From Escherichia coli (GTDB lineage: Bacteria; Pseudomonadota; Gammaproteobacteria; Enterobacterales; Enterobacteriaceae), in the NCBI RefSeq assembly GCF_011045215.1, contig NZ_CP049201.1: a stretch of DNA of 64,000 bases. One strand, 5' to 3'. This document shows, one piece after another, positions 23,725 through 33,627 of this stretch. A model generated the notes under the pieces. That model was not told the origin of the DNA, ran no database searches, and was given only the letters and a program-made list of their open reading frames with translations. The translations under genes were made by a program, and so were the position numbers. Positions within the stretch are counted from its first letter, which is position 1; every line of letters begins with the position of its first letter.

Positions 23725-24236
23725 TGGCTGTGCCAAAACATCTTCGCTTTTTTACGCTGTTTGTGGATGGTGAAAACGAAGTGGGTAAGGTGACGTCCGT
23801 CACTCTGCCTAAGCTGACGCGCAAAACCGACAGCTACCGGGGTGGCGGCATGATGGGTGCGGTAAGTATTGATCTCGGTCTGGACGACTCCGCGCTTGAT
23901 GCGAGCTTTGTCATGGGGGGCGCAGTTCGTGAGCTGTTCCTTAAGTATGGCGGCACGATTGACGGCACGCTGCTGCGTTTTGCGGGTGAATACTACACCG
24001 ATGCAGAAAGCGACCTGTATGAAGTCGAAATGCGCGGACGTGTGACGGAAATTGATATGGGGGAAGCCAAACAGGGCGAAGCCACATCACACACTTACGC
24101 CATTAAAAACACCTACTACAAGCTGAGTGTTAACGATCGCCCGTTGTGGGAGATTGACCTGCTGAACTTCATTTACCGGAAGGACGGCAAGGACATTGTG
24201 CCCGATCGCATCCGTTCCGCGCTTGGGCTTGGCTGA
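23724..24236 (+). CDS. tail tube protein (P2 FII-like)
   Basis: 170 aa; SVTLPKLTRK...YRGGGM...LGLDD pattern as in P2 FII; directly follows FI. Confidence 0.85.
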   Translation: MAVPKHLRFFTLFVDGENEVGKVTSVTLPKLTRKTDSYRGGGMMGAVSIDLGLDDSALDASFVMGGAVRELFLKYGGTIDGTLLRFAGEYYTDAESDLYEVEMRGRVTEIDMGEAKQGEATSHTYAIKNTYYKLSVNDRPLWEIDLLNFIYRKDGKDIVPDRIRSALGLG

Positions 24237-24290
24237 TAAGTAATATGCAGGCGGCGCAGTGCGTCGCCTCTGACTGAAAGGAGTTTCCTG

Positions 24291-24656
24291 ATGAAAGAGA
24301 CGAAAAACATCGATACCGAAAACACGGTAGTTACTGACACTGTGAAAGAAACCAGTGAGCGTGGCGTAAAACTTACCCAACCAATTGAGCGAGGCGGCGA
24401 AAAAATCACGTATGTGGAGATCACCGGGGCTATTGAGCAGGCTGGATCTCTGCGAGATTTGTCGCTGTCTGATGTGCTGAATCTGAAAGCGGAATCCATG
24501 TTTACGCTGCTGTCACGCGTGACATCACCGCGACTGGATGAAGTGACGATCAAAAAAATGGCATCCCGTGACTTTATTCAGTTATGTGTGGTTGCCGTAA
24601 ATTTTTTGAGCGGTGCGGACTCTGGCGGGAAGAACGAACAGGCGACGGAAGCCTGA
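24291..24656 (+). CDS. tail assembly chaperone (P2 gpE-like)
   Basis: 121-aa ORF between tube and tape-measure genes; contains the slippery site for E' frameshifting. Confidence 0.75.
   Translation: MKETKNIDTENTVVTDTVKETSERGVKLTQPIERGGEKITYVEITGAIEQAGSLRDLSLSDVLNLKAESMFTLLSRVTSPRLDEVTIKKMASRDFIQLCVVAVNFLSGADSGGKNEQATEA
24602..24608 (+). other. predicted -1 programmed ribosomal frameshift site (TTTTTTG) producing E+E' fusion
   Basis: T6G heptamer inside gpE-like ORF; the -1 frame (ORF 24584..24820) extends to the start of the tape-measure gene, as in P2 E/E'. Confidence 0.6.
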
Positions 24657-24770
24657 TCACGGTTGTGTGCTTTGAGCACATAGAAGACTTTGTGGCGGAT
24701 ATTGCCGCCATTTTTAACTGGTCGCCCGCCGAAATCTTCATGATGACGCCCGGCGAAGTGGTTAGCTGGC

Positions 24771-27614
24771 GTGAGCGGGCGGCACTTCGCAGCGGGAATG
24801 CAGACAATGAAGACTCTTGATATCCGGGTCGCTTTCAGCGCCGTTGACAGGCTGACCCGGCCTGCCGAAAACGCCCGCCGCCTGATGGGGCAGTTTGGTG
24901 ACTCCATCCAGCGAACGCAGGGGGCGATCAAAAATCTCGAGCGTCAGGCGCGTTCATTTGAGCGCGCCCGTGACGCTGTCAGTAAAGCGGATGCTGGCAT
25001 ATTGAAAGCACGACGCCAGCTTAACGCCCTTAATCAGTTACAACGCACGGGTACAGTGCTCAGCGAAAAACAACAAAAGCTGATGCAGCAGTTAAGCACC
25101 CGGCTTGAACGCCTGAATGAATCGCGCACACGTGAAATTCAGAAAATGCGGGAGCTTGGCGGAGAGCTGAAACGCCACGGCATTTCCCTGACAGGCAGCG
25201 ATAACACCATCCAGCAGGCCATCAGACGCACCGAACAGTACAACAACCAGCTTGAACGCGAACGGCAGGCGCTTGCGCGTGTAACGCGGGCGCGTGAGCG
25301 GTATTCGCGCGCGCAGGAAACCGCGGGAAAACTGAAAACAGGTGGTGCGCTGGCAATTGGTGCGGCAGCGGCTGGCGGCTATGCTGCCGGGCGTTTTTTG
25401 CAGCCTGCGATCGGGTTCGGCAAAGAGATGTCCCGCGTTCAGGCACTGACGCGAATCGACAAAAACAGCCCGCAGTTTAAGGCGCTGCGTGAGCAGGCGT
25501 TAAAACTTGGCTCTGAAACACAGTTTACTGCGAGTGATGCCGCCAGTGGGCAGAGCTTTCTGGCAATGGCTGGTTTTACTCCGCAGTCCATTCAGGCCGC
25601 ATTGCCCGGTGTTCTTAATATGGCGCTGGCAGGTGGCGTCGAACTCGGCGAGACGGCTGATATAGGCTCCAATATCCTCACACAGTTCAACCTGACAGCC
25701 GATCAAATGGGCCGTGTTGGCGATACGCTGACAGCAGCATTCACCCGGACCAATACTGATTTACGCGCGCTGGGCGAAACCATGAAGTATACCGGTCCGG
25801 TTGCCGCAAAACTTGGTATCAGTCTTGAAGAAGCGGCAGCCATGGCCGGGATGCTTGCCAATAATGGTCTTCGTGGAAGCGATGCTGGTACGGCCATTCG
25901 CGCAAGTCTGTCCCGCCTTGCATCACCGCCAAAAGCTGCGGCTGATGCGCTGAAAGAGCTGGGGGTGTCAGTTGCTGACGCCAGAGGCAAAATGCGCCCG
26001 ATGGAGGATGTGCAGCTTGATCTCTACAAGGCGACACAAAAATACGCACAGGTGGACCAGGTTTCCTTCTTCAAGGACATCGCCGGAGAAGAGGCGTTCG
26101 TTGGTTTGCAGACGCTTGTTGCGGCGTCTGGTTCAGGAGAGCTGCAAAAACTGACCAGAGAATTGCAGGGGGCAAGGGGAGAGGCCGATCGCGTTGCAAA
26201 AGTAATGGCCGATAATCTTGATGGGGACCTGAAAAATCTCGACAGCGCATGGGAAGGTCTTCGTATTCGCATCAGTGATCTGGTTGACGGTCCGCTGCGT
26301 TCTGTCACGCAGTGGCTCACGCGGGGGCTTGAAAAAATCACCTCGCTGGCGCAGGCCCATCCGGTACTGACGCGCCAGCTACTGATAGCAGGCGGTGCGT
26401 TGCTGGCAATGACTGTAACGATTGGCTCGTTGTCGCTGGTTATTGGGGGGCTTTACGGGAAGCTGGCTACCTTGCGTCTTGGTTTTGACATTCTTACCCG
26501 GTCAATGAATGTCGTCAGGGTGTTGCCTGCGCTGTGGGGAATGGTGACGGGTTCCGTTTCTTTACTGGGAGGCGCTATCGGGGCGCTGTTCAGTCCGGTT
26601 GGTCTTATCGTGGCTGCGCTTGCCGGAGCTGCCGTTCTTATCTGGAAATACTGGGATCCCATCAGGGCATTTTTTGCAGGGGTGTTCAGCGGGATTATGG
26701 AAAGGCTGACCCCGTTGCGCGAAACCTTTGAACGGTTTGGTCCTGTTTTTGACGCAATCGGAAGCGGGATCAGCCAGGTGTTTAACTGGTTTAAATTGCT
26801 GCTGTCACCGATGGAGTCCAGCAAGGAAACGCTGGATAAATGCACCAGTGCTGGCGAGGTATTCGGTAACGTTCTTGGTGGCGCGTTACAGCTTGTTCTG
26901 ACGCCTGCAAAAATGCTGCTGGATACGCTGGCGTGGATACTTGAAAAACTCGGTGTGCTTCCGGATGAGGCGGAAAGGGCGCGTAAGAAAATCGAAGACG
27001 CACAGCGTGCGGCCATTCTTCAGGACAAGGTTGCCTTGCTTCAGGGGGATCTGGCGAAAATCAATCCGCCGAAGCCTGTGGAAAATGGCAATGGCACCGG
27101 AGGTGATAAACCCAAAGACAACAAACCGCTCACAGACAGCAATACCGGGACGCTACGCAGACTCAGCAAAATTGCTGATAACACAGGTAAGCTGGTTGAT
27201 GAGACGAAAAAACGCATTGGCCCCGGCGATATTGTCTTTAAGAACCTGCCCCGCGCACTTGCTGTTCGTGGGGAGTGGCAGGAGCGGAAGATTGCGCAGG
27301 TCAGTAAGCCTGCCCCCGCAATTAATATCACACCTGTGGTCCCGGCTCCGCTGCCTCCGACGCTGGTCCCTGTTGTTGCGGCCAGCTCCCGCCCGGTGGC
27401 GGAGTCCATACGATCTCCAGTGGCATCAGTTCCTGCAACTTCCCGTAACCGGGAGCCTGTTGCCTCCGGATTTGGCGGTGAAATTCATGTTCATCTGCAT
27501 AACGTTGTTACGCAGAATCCCCGCGAACTGGCGAAACTGGTCGGCGAAATGGTCAGTGCAGAAATGGAACGGCGCGCCCGTGCCAGGCGTGGCAGTTTTT
27601 ACGATAAAGATTGA
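24771..27614 (+). CDS. tail tape-measure protein (P2 gpT-like)
   Basis: 947-aa ORF, coiled-coil N-terminus, Gly/Ala-rich hydrophobic central segments; position after E/E'. Confidence 0.9.
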   Translation: MSGRHFAAGMQTMKTLDIRVAFSAVDRLTRPAENARRLMGQFGDSIQRTQGAIKNLERQARSFERARDAVSKADAGILKARRQLNALNQLQRTGTVLSEKQQKLMQQLSTRLERLNESRTREIQKMRELGGELKRHGISLTGSDNTIQQAIRRTEQYNNQLERERQALARVTRARERYSRAQETAGKLKTGGALAIGAAAAGGYAAGRFLQPAIGFGKEMSRVQALTRIDKNSPQFKALREQALKLGSETQFTASDAASGQSFLAMAGFTPQSIQAALPGVLNMALAGGVELGETADIGSNILTQFNLTADQMGRVGDTLTAAFTRTNTDLRALGETMKYTGPVAAKLGISLEEAAAMAGMLANNGLRGSDAGTAIRASLSRLASPPKAAADALKELGVSVADARGKMRPMEDVQLDLYKATQKYAQVDQVSFFKDIAGEEAFVGLQTLVAASGSGELQKLTRELQGARGEADRVAKVMADNLDGDLKNLDSAWEGLRIRISDLVDGPLRSVTQWLTRGLEKITSLAQAHPVLTRQLLIAGGALLAMTVTIGSLSLVIGGLYGKLATLRLGFDILTRSMNVVRVLPALWGMVTGSVSLLGGAIGALFSPVGLIVAALAGAAVLIWKYWDPIRAFFAGVFSGIMERLTPLRETFERFGPVFDAIGSGISQVFNWFKLLLSPMESSKETLDKCTSAGEVFGNVLGGALQLVLTPAKMLLDTLAWILEKLGVLPDEAERARKKIEDAQRAAILQDKVALLQGDLAKINPPKPVENGNGTGGDKPKDNKPLTDSNTGTLRRLSKIADNTGKLVDETKKRIGPGDIVFKNLPRALAVRGEWQERKIAQVSKPAPAINITPVVPAPLPPTLVPVVAASSRPVAESIRSPVASVPATSRNREPVASGFGGEIHVHLHNVVTQNPRELAKLVGEMVSAEMERRARARRGSFYDKD

Positions 27615-27620
27615 GGAGTC

Positions 27621-28115
27621 ATGGCCATGATGATGATCTATGGCATGTTTGTTTTTGAGCTGCGCACACTGCCACATCAGCAGTTACAGCAAAACAAAAG
27701 CTGGCGGCATGTGAAAAATGAACGCGTTAACCGTTCAGCAAGCTGGCAGTATATCGGTGCAGGTGATGATCGCATCGTTCTTTCCGGCGTGCTTTATCCT
27801 GAAATTACAGGTGGTGAAGTGTCGCTGTCGCTGCTGACCACGCAGGCATATACAGGGCGGCCCTGGCCTCTGATTGATGGTGTCGGGCAGATTTACGGCA
27901 TGTATGTCCTGACCGGAACGAATACGACCCGCTCCGAGTTTGATCGCTACGGTAAGGCGAAAAAAATAGAATTTTCACTGACCCTTGAACGCTGTGATGA
28001 GGATTTGCGGGAGCGCCTGCAATCCTCATCGTTCAGCGATATGCTGTCCGGCTTCAAAGATAAGGTGACATCATCCCTTAACAGCGCGGCCAGTTCAGTT
28101 AAAGGACTGTTCTGA
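27621..28115 (+). CDS. tail protein (P2 gpU-like)
   Basis: 164-aa ORF directly after tape-measure gene; MMIYGMFVFELRTLPHQQLQ... P2 U-like. Confidence 0.8.
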   Translation: MAMMMIYGMFVFELRTLPHQQLQQNKSWRHVKNERVNRSASWQYIGAGDDRIVLSGVLYPEITGGEVSLSLLTTQAYTGRPWPLIDGVGQIYGMYVLTGTNTTRSEFDRYGKAKKIEFSLTLERCDEDLRERLQSSSFSDMLSGFKDKVTSSLNSAASSVKGLF

Positions 28116-28211
28116 TTTTACATTGCCGCCGATACCCTCATATTGGGTAATGGGCGGCTTGTTGTTATATAATATATCGTAGGTCCTGATAAAACTGTTG
28201 AGGTTTCTACT

Positions 28212-29450
28212 TTATAAAGAATTGCTACTTTCTAATTCTGGGTTTCTGGATCTATTTTTACAACCTAAATCCGAGTGGTAATTCGGTATATCGTTTGTCA
28301 AATCTTGTTTGATAGCATTAATTAAGATCATTATGTCGAATTTATGCATATCGTCGCCCCCTTCAGACCTTAGATGTTCGGATGTGGTGAGTTGAGTCGC
28401 TAATTTGCTGTTTGGCCCCCACACAATATTGTTTTCGAATTTTCCTTCATGCATTCTGTTATTATATATACAGTATTGTCTAATGTTTAATCCACTGGCT
28501 AAATGTACAATAGCAGTATCTACAGTTATAACAAAATCAGCATGGCGAACCAATGCAAATGAACATCCGGCATCAGAAAATGGAGATAGAGACACATTAT
28601 CCAATCCATTGTGATTAATCTGTTCTCCCATATTAAAAACTATTGTGTGATATCCCTTAAGGTTATTAAGGTAAGCTAGTACTTTGTTTATCTGTTCATC
28701 AGATAATGTTCTGCTATTCTGAGAACCATAAGGGTTAAATATAACTAATTTTTTGTTTTTCTTCCTGAATTCATTTGCAACAATATTTGCTGGTTCATAT
28801 ATTTTGTTGTCAAAATTAAGCGCTGCAGCATAATTATTATTTTTTATCTTTAGTAAAGATAAAACTTTTTTCATTCTTTCAGATGTGTGAATGGAACGAT
28901 TATCGATTATATTTGTATCAAAAATAGTTACGGCAGGATGATTAAAACAGATAGAGTGTTTAGGTCTAAGTAAATGTAGTGTTTGCAATCTGGTTATCGC
29001 TGTGTTATCAAAATTTGAGAAGTCAACAACAAGATCTACATTCAGTTTTTTTATCTTTGCTTTTAGTTCGTTAAATTTATTTTTCTCGTAAGATATAAAG
29101 GCATCCACGCCAACAATATCAGTAAAGAGGAATGATACTCTTGAAGGTGCTATCACATATACCACCATACCGGATTTTTGAAGTTGTTTAATAAACCCTG
29201 AGGTAACGATGCCGTCACCAATGGCTTGCATGTGCATGAAAATGCACACTGTTTTATAACTATCCGGCTGTAATGATGTTTTCCTTCTGTATCGCATTTT
29301 TAGAAATGCCAGTCTGGCCTTCGTCTTTATCTTTTTTGTTTTAATATTTCGCTCTCTGTTAAGCTGTTTTAATGATGAAATAACATTCATAATGGTACCC
29401 TGAAAATCCAAATCACACATGTCATCCGAAATGAGCAGGATACTATACAA
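28212..29450 (-). CDS. glycosyltransferase family 9 (LPS heptosyltransferase-like) cargo gene
   Basis: 412-aa ORF, very AT-rich; N-terminal ...MQAIGDGIVTSGFIKQL and C-terminal ...FVITVDTAIVHLASGLN resemble the GT9 motifs of WaaC/WaaF-type enzymes; start may be internal. Confidence 0.6.
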   Translation of the reverse strand: MYSILLISDDMCDLDFQGTIMNVISSLKQLNRERNIKTKKIKTKARLAFLKMRYRRKTSLQPDSYKTVCIFMHMQAIGDGIVTSGFIKQLQKSGMVVYVIAPSRVSFLFTDIVGVDAFISYEKNKFNELKAKIKKLNVDLVVDFSNFDNTAITRLQTLHLLRPKHSICFNHPAVTIFDTNIIDNRSIHTSERMKKVLSLLKIKNNNYAAALNFDNKIYEPANIVANEFRKKNKKLVIFNPYGSQNSRTLSDEQINKVLAYLNNLKGYHTIVFNMGEQINHNGLDNVSLSPFSDAGCSFALVRHADFVITVDTAIVHLASGLNIRQYCIYNNRMHEGKFENNIVWGPNSKLATQLTTSEHLRSEGGDDMHKFDIMILINAIKQDLTNDIPNYHSDLGCKNRSRNPELESSNSL

Positions 29451-29484
29451 AAAACTGGACTACAATGGTTTGAAATGAAAGCCT

Positions 29485-30084
29485 TTATGCTTGTTTACTC
29501 CTTGATTCCACTGGGGAAGCAGGCCACTCAATATCCGGTGCTCTTGATGTATCAACACGGTTCAGCAGCACTCGATACTTCTTCCATGCCACCAGTAACG
29601 ATGTTTCTTCCTCTGTTGCAATATTCAAATCTACGGCATCTTGAAGTGGCGAAATATGCTCACTGGCTACCTGCATGAGGCTGTTTTTTGTTTCTTCCGC
29701 CTCCCGTATCCGGAACACTTTTTCTGCTTCTGCATCTTTCACCCACGTTGTGCCGTTCCACTTCTGAAACTCCCCTTCCGGGGATAACCAGGTGACATTT
29801 TCCGGTAATGGACCGAGTTCAGAAATAAATAACGCGCCCCCTGATGCCACGTCATAAACCGTTTTACCACGATGATCTTCAACGAGATGCCAGGACGTCT
29901 TATCACTGTTGAAAATAGCCACGAAGCCAGCTGGAATATCTGGCGGAGAAATATCAGTACTATTTGCAGGTAGACCTGTATGAGGTGGAATGTATGCATC
30001 ACCTTCACCAATAAATTCATTGGTTCCGACCAGCAGATTATAAATTTTTATGGTTCGTGGTTGTTCACTCATTCTGAATGCCAT
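29485..30084 (-). CDS. tail fibre assembly chaperone (Tfa / P2 G-like)
   Basis: 199-aa ORF immediately downstream of the tail-fibre fragment; Tfa-like C-terminus (...[22 protein letters not shown]). Confidence 0.8.
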   Translation of the reverse strand: MAFRMSEQPRTIKIYNLLVGTNEFIGEGDAYIPPHTGLPANSTDISPPDIPAGFVAIFNSDKTSWHLVEDHRGKTVYDVASGGALFISELGPLPENVTWLSPEGEFQKWNGTTWVKDAEAEKVFRIREAEETKNSLMQVASEHISPLQDAVDLNIATEEETSLLVAWKKYRVLLNRVDTSRAPDIEWPASPVESRSKQA

Positions 30085-31259
30085 TATGCAAGCCTCACAA
30101 TATAGTTAAATGCGATGTTTTTTACGGTGTTTTCCGCGTTGCCATAAGCGGCAATGGTAATGGTGTGTGTGTGCGAACCAATAGCGAGCGTATGTGTATG
30201 CGCACCTATTGCTACTGTGTGAGTATGAGCTCCTGCGCTTAATACGCGATTACTTGCTGTCTTGCTTGTGTTAGTTGCATGCATTCCACCACCGGTACCG
30301 GGAGTTTCTGCGTATGCTGAAGTATTGTTGTAAGCAAAGTTGTGTGTATGTGCTCCGGTGTTATTTGTGGATTTAGTTCCGTAATCAAACGACGATGTGG
30401 TTTTCGTCCCCAAATCCGTACTGGATGCGCTGGCGCTGTGGGTGTGCGATTTAATGCCGTCCTGTTCCTGAGACAATACGGCTCGACCACTGGCTGGTTT
30501 GCCCTTAATCGTCCAGCCACGCATATCAGGGATCACGCCTGACGGATAAGCGGCTGCAAGTTTCGGGTATGCAGATTTGTCAAAAGTCTGCCCCTGCATC
30601 AGGGCATAACCAGACGGAACGGTATCTGATGGCCACGGGATTGGTGCGCCAGGCGGATAAAACTGCTCTGATGGCGTATAGAGTGAATAAACTGTACCGT
30701 CCGTTAACCCTTCCGGCTTATTAGCAGAATATGCTGGTGACGTATGAATCGTCACGCTGGCATTACTGGTATAATCCCATTGAATATTTACACCAGTCGC
30801 ATAATTTCCGATTGCAACGTAAATATCGTAAGTATCACCAGATGTATTGACCCAGGCAAAATTTGTAAACCCTGTCGATGTGCGCTGCCATAAAGCACCA
30901 GTAATCCCCTTCGGATTACCATTACCTGCACGCAAAACAAGTTCAGATATACCTGCCTGTTGAGGTGAACCGACGTTATATCCAGCCCCACCAATCAACG
31001 TAATTGAAACAACAGAACTCGCCTGCGGCATGGTTACCGTTGCTAATTTGAACCAACCAGCACCACCGCTAAATGACATAGTTGTTGAGTTAAGCGTACC
31101 AATATCTTTCGGTGTCAGTGTTATATCCGCTGAAAGCGCCTTACCATTCACCTTACGGGCAGAAGGTACGGTCTGGCAAGAGCCGCCCGGCAAACGTCCT
31201 GGCATCAGTCTGCGCTTTACTTTAAGCGCAATGTATTGCTCGGTTGCTACATCCCGCAC
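30084..31259 (-). pseudogene. tail fibre protein, C-terminal portion only (N-terminus deleted)
   Basis: 391-aa ORF with HTHT/His-x-His repeats ([24 protein letters not shown]) typical of fibre tips; reading frame runs into the portal fragment junction at ~31236-31259. Confidence 0.7.
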
Positions 31260-32030
31260 CCGCTGCTTTCCCGGCAGGATTTCTCGGCGCTGGCGCTGGA
31301 CTGGTTTGTGTTCGGTAACGCATTCCTTGAGCTTCGGAGCAATATGCTCGGCGAACCACTTAAATTACGGCACGCACTGGCGAAATACATGCGACGCGGA
31401 AGCGATCTTGAATCATGGTGGTATGTGCAGGATGGCAAGGACGCGTTTCAGTTTCGCCCTGGCAAAGTGTGCCACCTGATGAATCCGGACATTAACCAGG
31501 AAATTTACGGCATGCCGGAATATCTTGGAGCATTACTCTCGGCCAGCCTGTCTCATTCGGCGGACATGTTCAGAAAACTGTATTACGACAACGGATCCCA
31601 CGCCGGGTGCATCATCTACATCGGTGCAGCGCAGGTAAACCGCGAAAGCATGGACTCCCTGAAAGAAACGTTACAGGGTGCGCGTGGTGGTGGTGCGTTT
31701 AAAAACGTGCTCATCCACGCGCCCAACGGGGGCAAAGAGGGGGTGCAAATTTTGCCGTTCCAGCAGATCACCGCAAAGGATGAGTTCATGAATGTTAAGG
31801 CGGCATCCCGTGATGATGTGCTGGCTGCGCACCGCGTTCCGCCGCAACTGATGGGGGCGATGCCGGGCGAAAAAAGTGCGTTTGGTGATGTGGAGAAGGC
31901 CGCGCGGGTTTACGCAATTAACGAGCTGATGCCCGTCATGGAGGCTATGAAGCACATCAATGACTGGCTTGGCGAAGAGGTGATCCGCTTTAACCCTTAC
32001 GCACTGCTGGACACCCAGCCCACATCCTGA
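31236..32030 (+). pseudogene. portal protein fragment (P2 gpQ-like, C-terminal part)
   Basis: 264-aa ORF divergent from the tail-fibre fragment; portal-like sequence (…IYGMPEYLGALLSASLSHSADMFRKLYYDNGSHAG…); shorter than P2 Q (recalled ~344 aa); P,O,N,M,L and baseplate genes absent. Confidence 0.6.
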
Positions 32031-32560
32031 CGCGCTTCGCTTGTCTGCTGCTTCGCCGGGGCATAAAAAATTTATGCCCCGACTCTCCAGCTCCTGTATC
32101 AATCAGATAATTTCACGACGTCTTCCAGCTTATTGCCATCATCGACGGTCAGGCTCTTACGCAATCCCATCGCGCTGACTGCATGTTCTCGCCGCCTCAG
32201 TGCGATTTTGACGGCCTTATCTGCCACCCCATCAAATCAAAAGCCCTCACGTCTTTTTCACGCTCAGCGTGAGAAATACAGCCATTCTGTTGTGTTGCTG
32301 CGACATCGTTCAGGGGATGCTATTTATCCCCTGAAACGCGGGCTGTTCCCCCGTCACCTGCGCGCAGAAAAAACGCGTTTTTTTGTGCACGCACGGATCC
32401 TTGACGGATCCAGCCGCCACGGGGGCCGGAAGGGCAAAAAGTCGTTCAAAAAAATTGTGCAAATTTGTGCACTATCGTGCAGTGTGCATCGTGCTGTTTT
32501 CTGCGCAAAAAACGGATGGTAAATTTGTTCGTAGCAGGGAAATTTTAATGAGCGCAAGAC

Positions 32561-33091
32561 ATGAAGAAAGATTCATATCCTTATTTGATTTGCATGACTG
32601 TTTCAGTGCTAGGGATTATTTTCCTCTTTTACTGGTGGAGGGCAGATATCTACAGGATTACATATCTTAATTCGCGTATATCCAATTATTACATCTTGTG
32701 TAGTATGGGTATGTCCTTTTTCTTCTCCTTGTTTCTGGTGAAGAGGGGGGTAGTGAAGCAAAGTGGCTGGAAAGGACTGTCGGAATACCTGAAGGTTTAT
32801 GCTGGCTCTTGCATTCTTACAGGGATATTCCTGATTATTCCTCTTATGATGGTGACTTATTTTTTACCAGGAGTAACATCATCATATGTTGCACCGTATG
32901 AGTATACATCTGGTAGTTCAAGAAGCTGTTCCGGAGCGTTTGTTGATGATCCCGAACTGCATAAAAATATTCTTATTTGCTATCCGTATGGTAACTATGA
33001 ATATGACAATATTATCTATGTTGAAAAGAAAACTAATGCATTGGGCGTTGTTGTGACGTATGCACAGACTGCACGAGACGATGCTGAATAA
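32561..33091 (+). CDS. integral membrane protein of unknown function (hotspot cargo)
   Basis: 176 aa, about 3-4 hydrophobic helices then a soluble tail; AT-rich; preceded by TGTGCA-type repeats at 32455..32494. Confidence 0.55.
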   Translation: MKKDSYPYLICMTVSVLGIIFLFYWWRADIYRITYLNSRISNYYILCSMGMSFFFSLFLVKRGVVKQSGWKGLSEYLKVYAGSCILTGIFLIIPLMMVTYFLPGVTSSYVAPYEYTSGSSRSCSGAFVDDPELHKNILICYPYGNYEYDNIIYVEKKTNALGVVVTYAQTARDDAE

Positions 33092-33282
33092 GATACTACA
33101 GATATAGTCCACTTTTTTGTTTATTTGTCGGGATAAAAACAAATTACCCCGACTCACCATGTATTAATCTTCCGCTTTAAGTTAGTATTTTAGCTGCGCT
33201 GTCCTGCTATTCAGCAAAGCGGCGTACTTTAATGCGTCCTGTGCTTTCTGGAATTTAAGTGCATAGTCAGTGGCGATTTTTT

Positions 33283-33564
33283 CTAGTTCAGCGATTCGGT
33301 TGTTTTTGGTTTCCAGCCAATCAAGTAGCGCCAATACTTCAGGATCCCGACATCCAACACTGTTACGCGTGATTTTTCATAATGTTCGTCGGCAAGAGTT
33401 CGGCCAATTTTGAAATCTCCATCATCACCATAACCGGAGCAGGCATAAACAACCTGTGCTCCAGATATTCGCTGAATTGACATTTCCTCGCCGCAAATAG
33501 GGCATTTCGGTACTGGCACAGGTGAATAACGTTCACGTAATGCCTGATAGTTGATTTCGCTCAT
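33283..33564 (-). CDS. small zinc-ribbon protein (possibly frameshifted)
   Basis: MSEINYQALRERYSPVPVPKCPICGEEM...YACSGYGDD; an alternative frame downstream (to ~33182) reads as a coherent helical tail (DPEVLALLDWLETKNNRIAELEKIATDYALKFQKAQDALKY). Confidence 0.45.
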   Translation of the reverse strand: MSEINYQALRERYSPVPVPKCPICGEEMSIQRISGAQVVYACSGYGDDGDFKIGRTLADEHYEKSRVTVLDVGILKYWRYLIGWKPKTTESLN

Positions 33565-33627
33565 TAAGTCGTTCTCCTTGTTTATGTTCTGAGGTGGAGA
33601 GCAGGGCGAACTCGCCCTGATGTTGTG

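Noticed and set aside
25222-27677. Multiple 60-230 aa ORFs on both strands within the tape-measure gene
   Set aside because: All overlap the 947-aa tape-measure frame and have Pro/Arg/Ala-rich GC-skew-type translations; no independent support.
32040-32450. P2-type cos site expected next to the 3' end of the portal gene
   Set aside because: I could not recognise the P2 cohesive-end sequence as I recall it in this interval; the ORF 32133..32522 there looks non-coding. Left unannotated.
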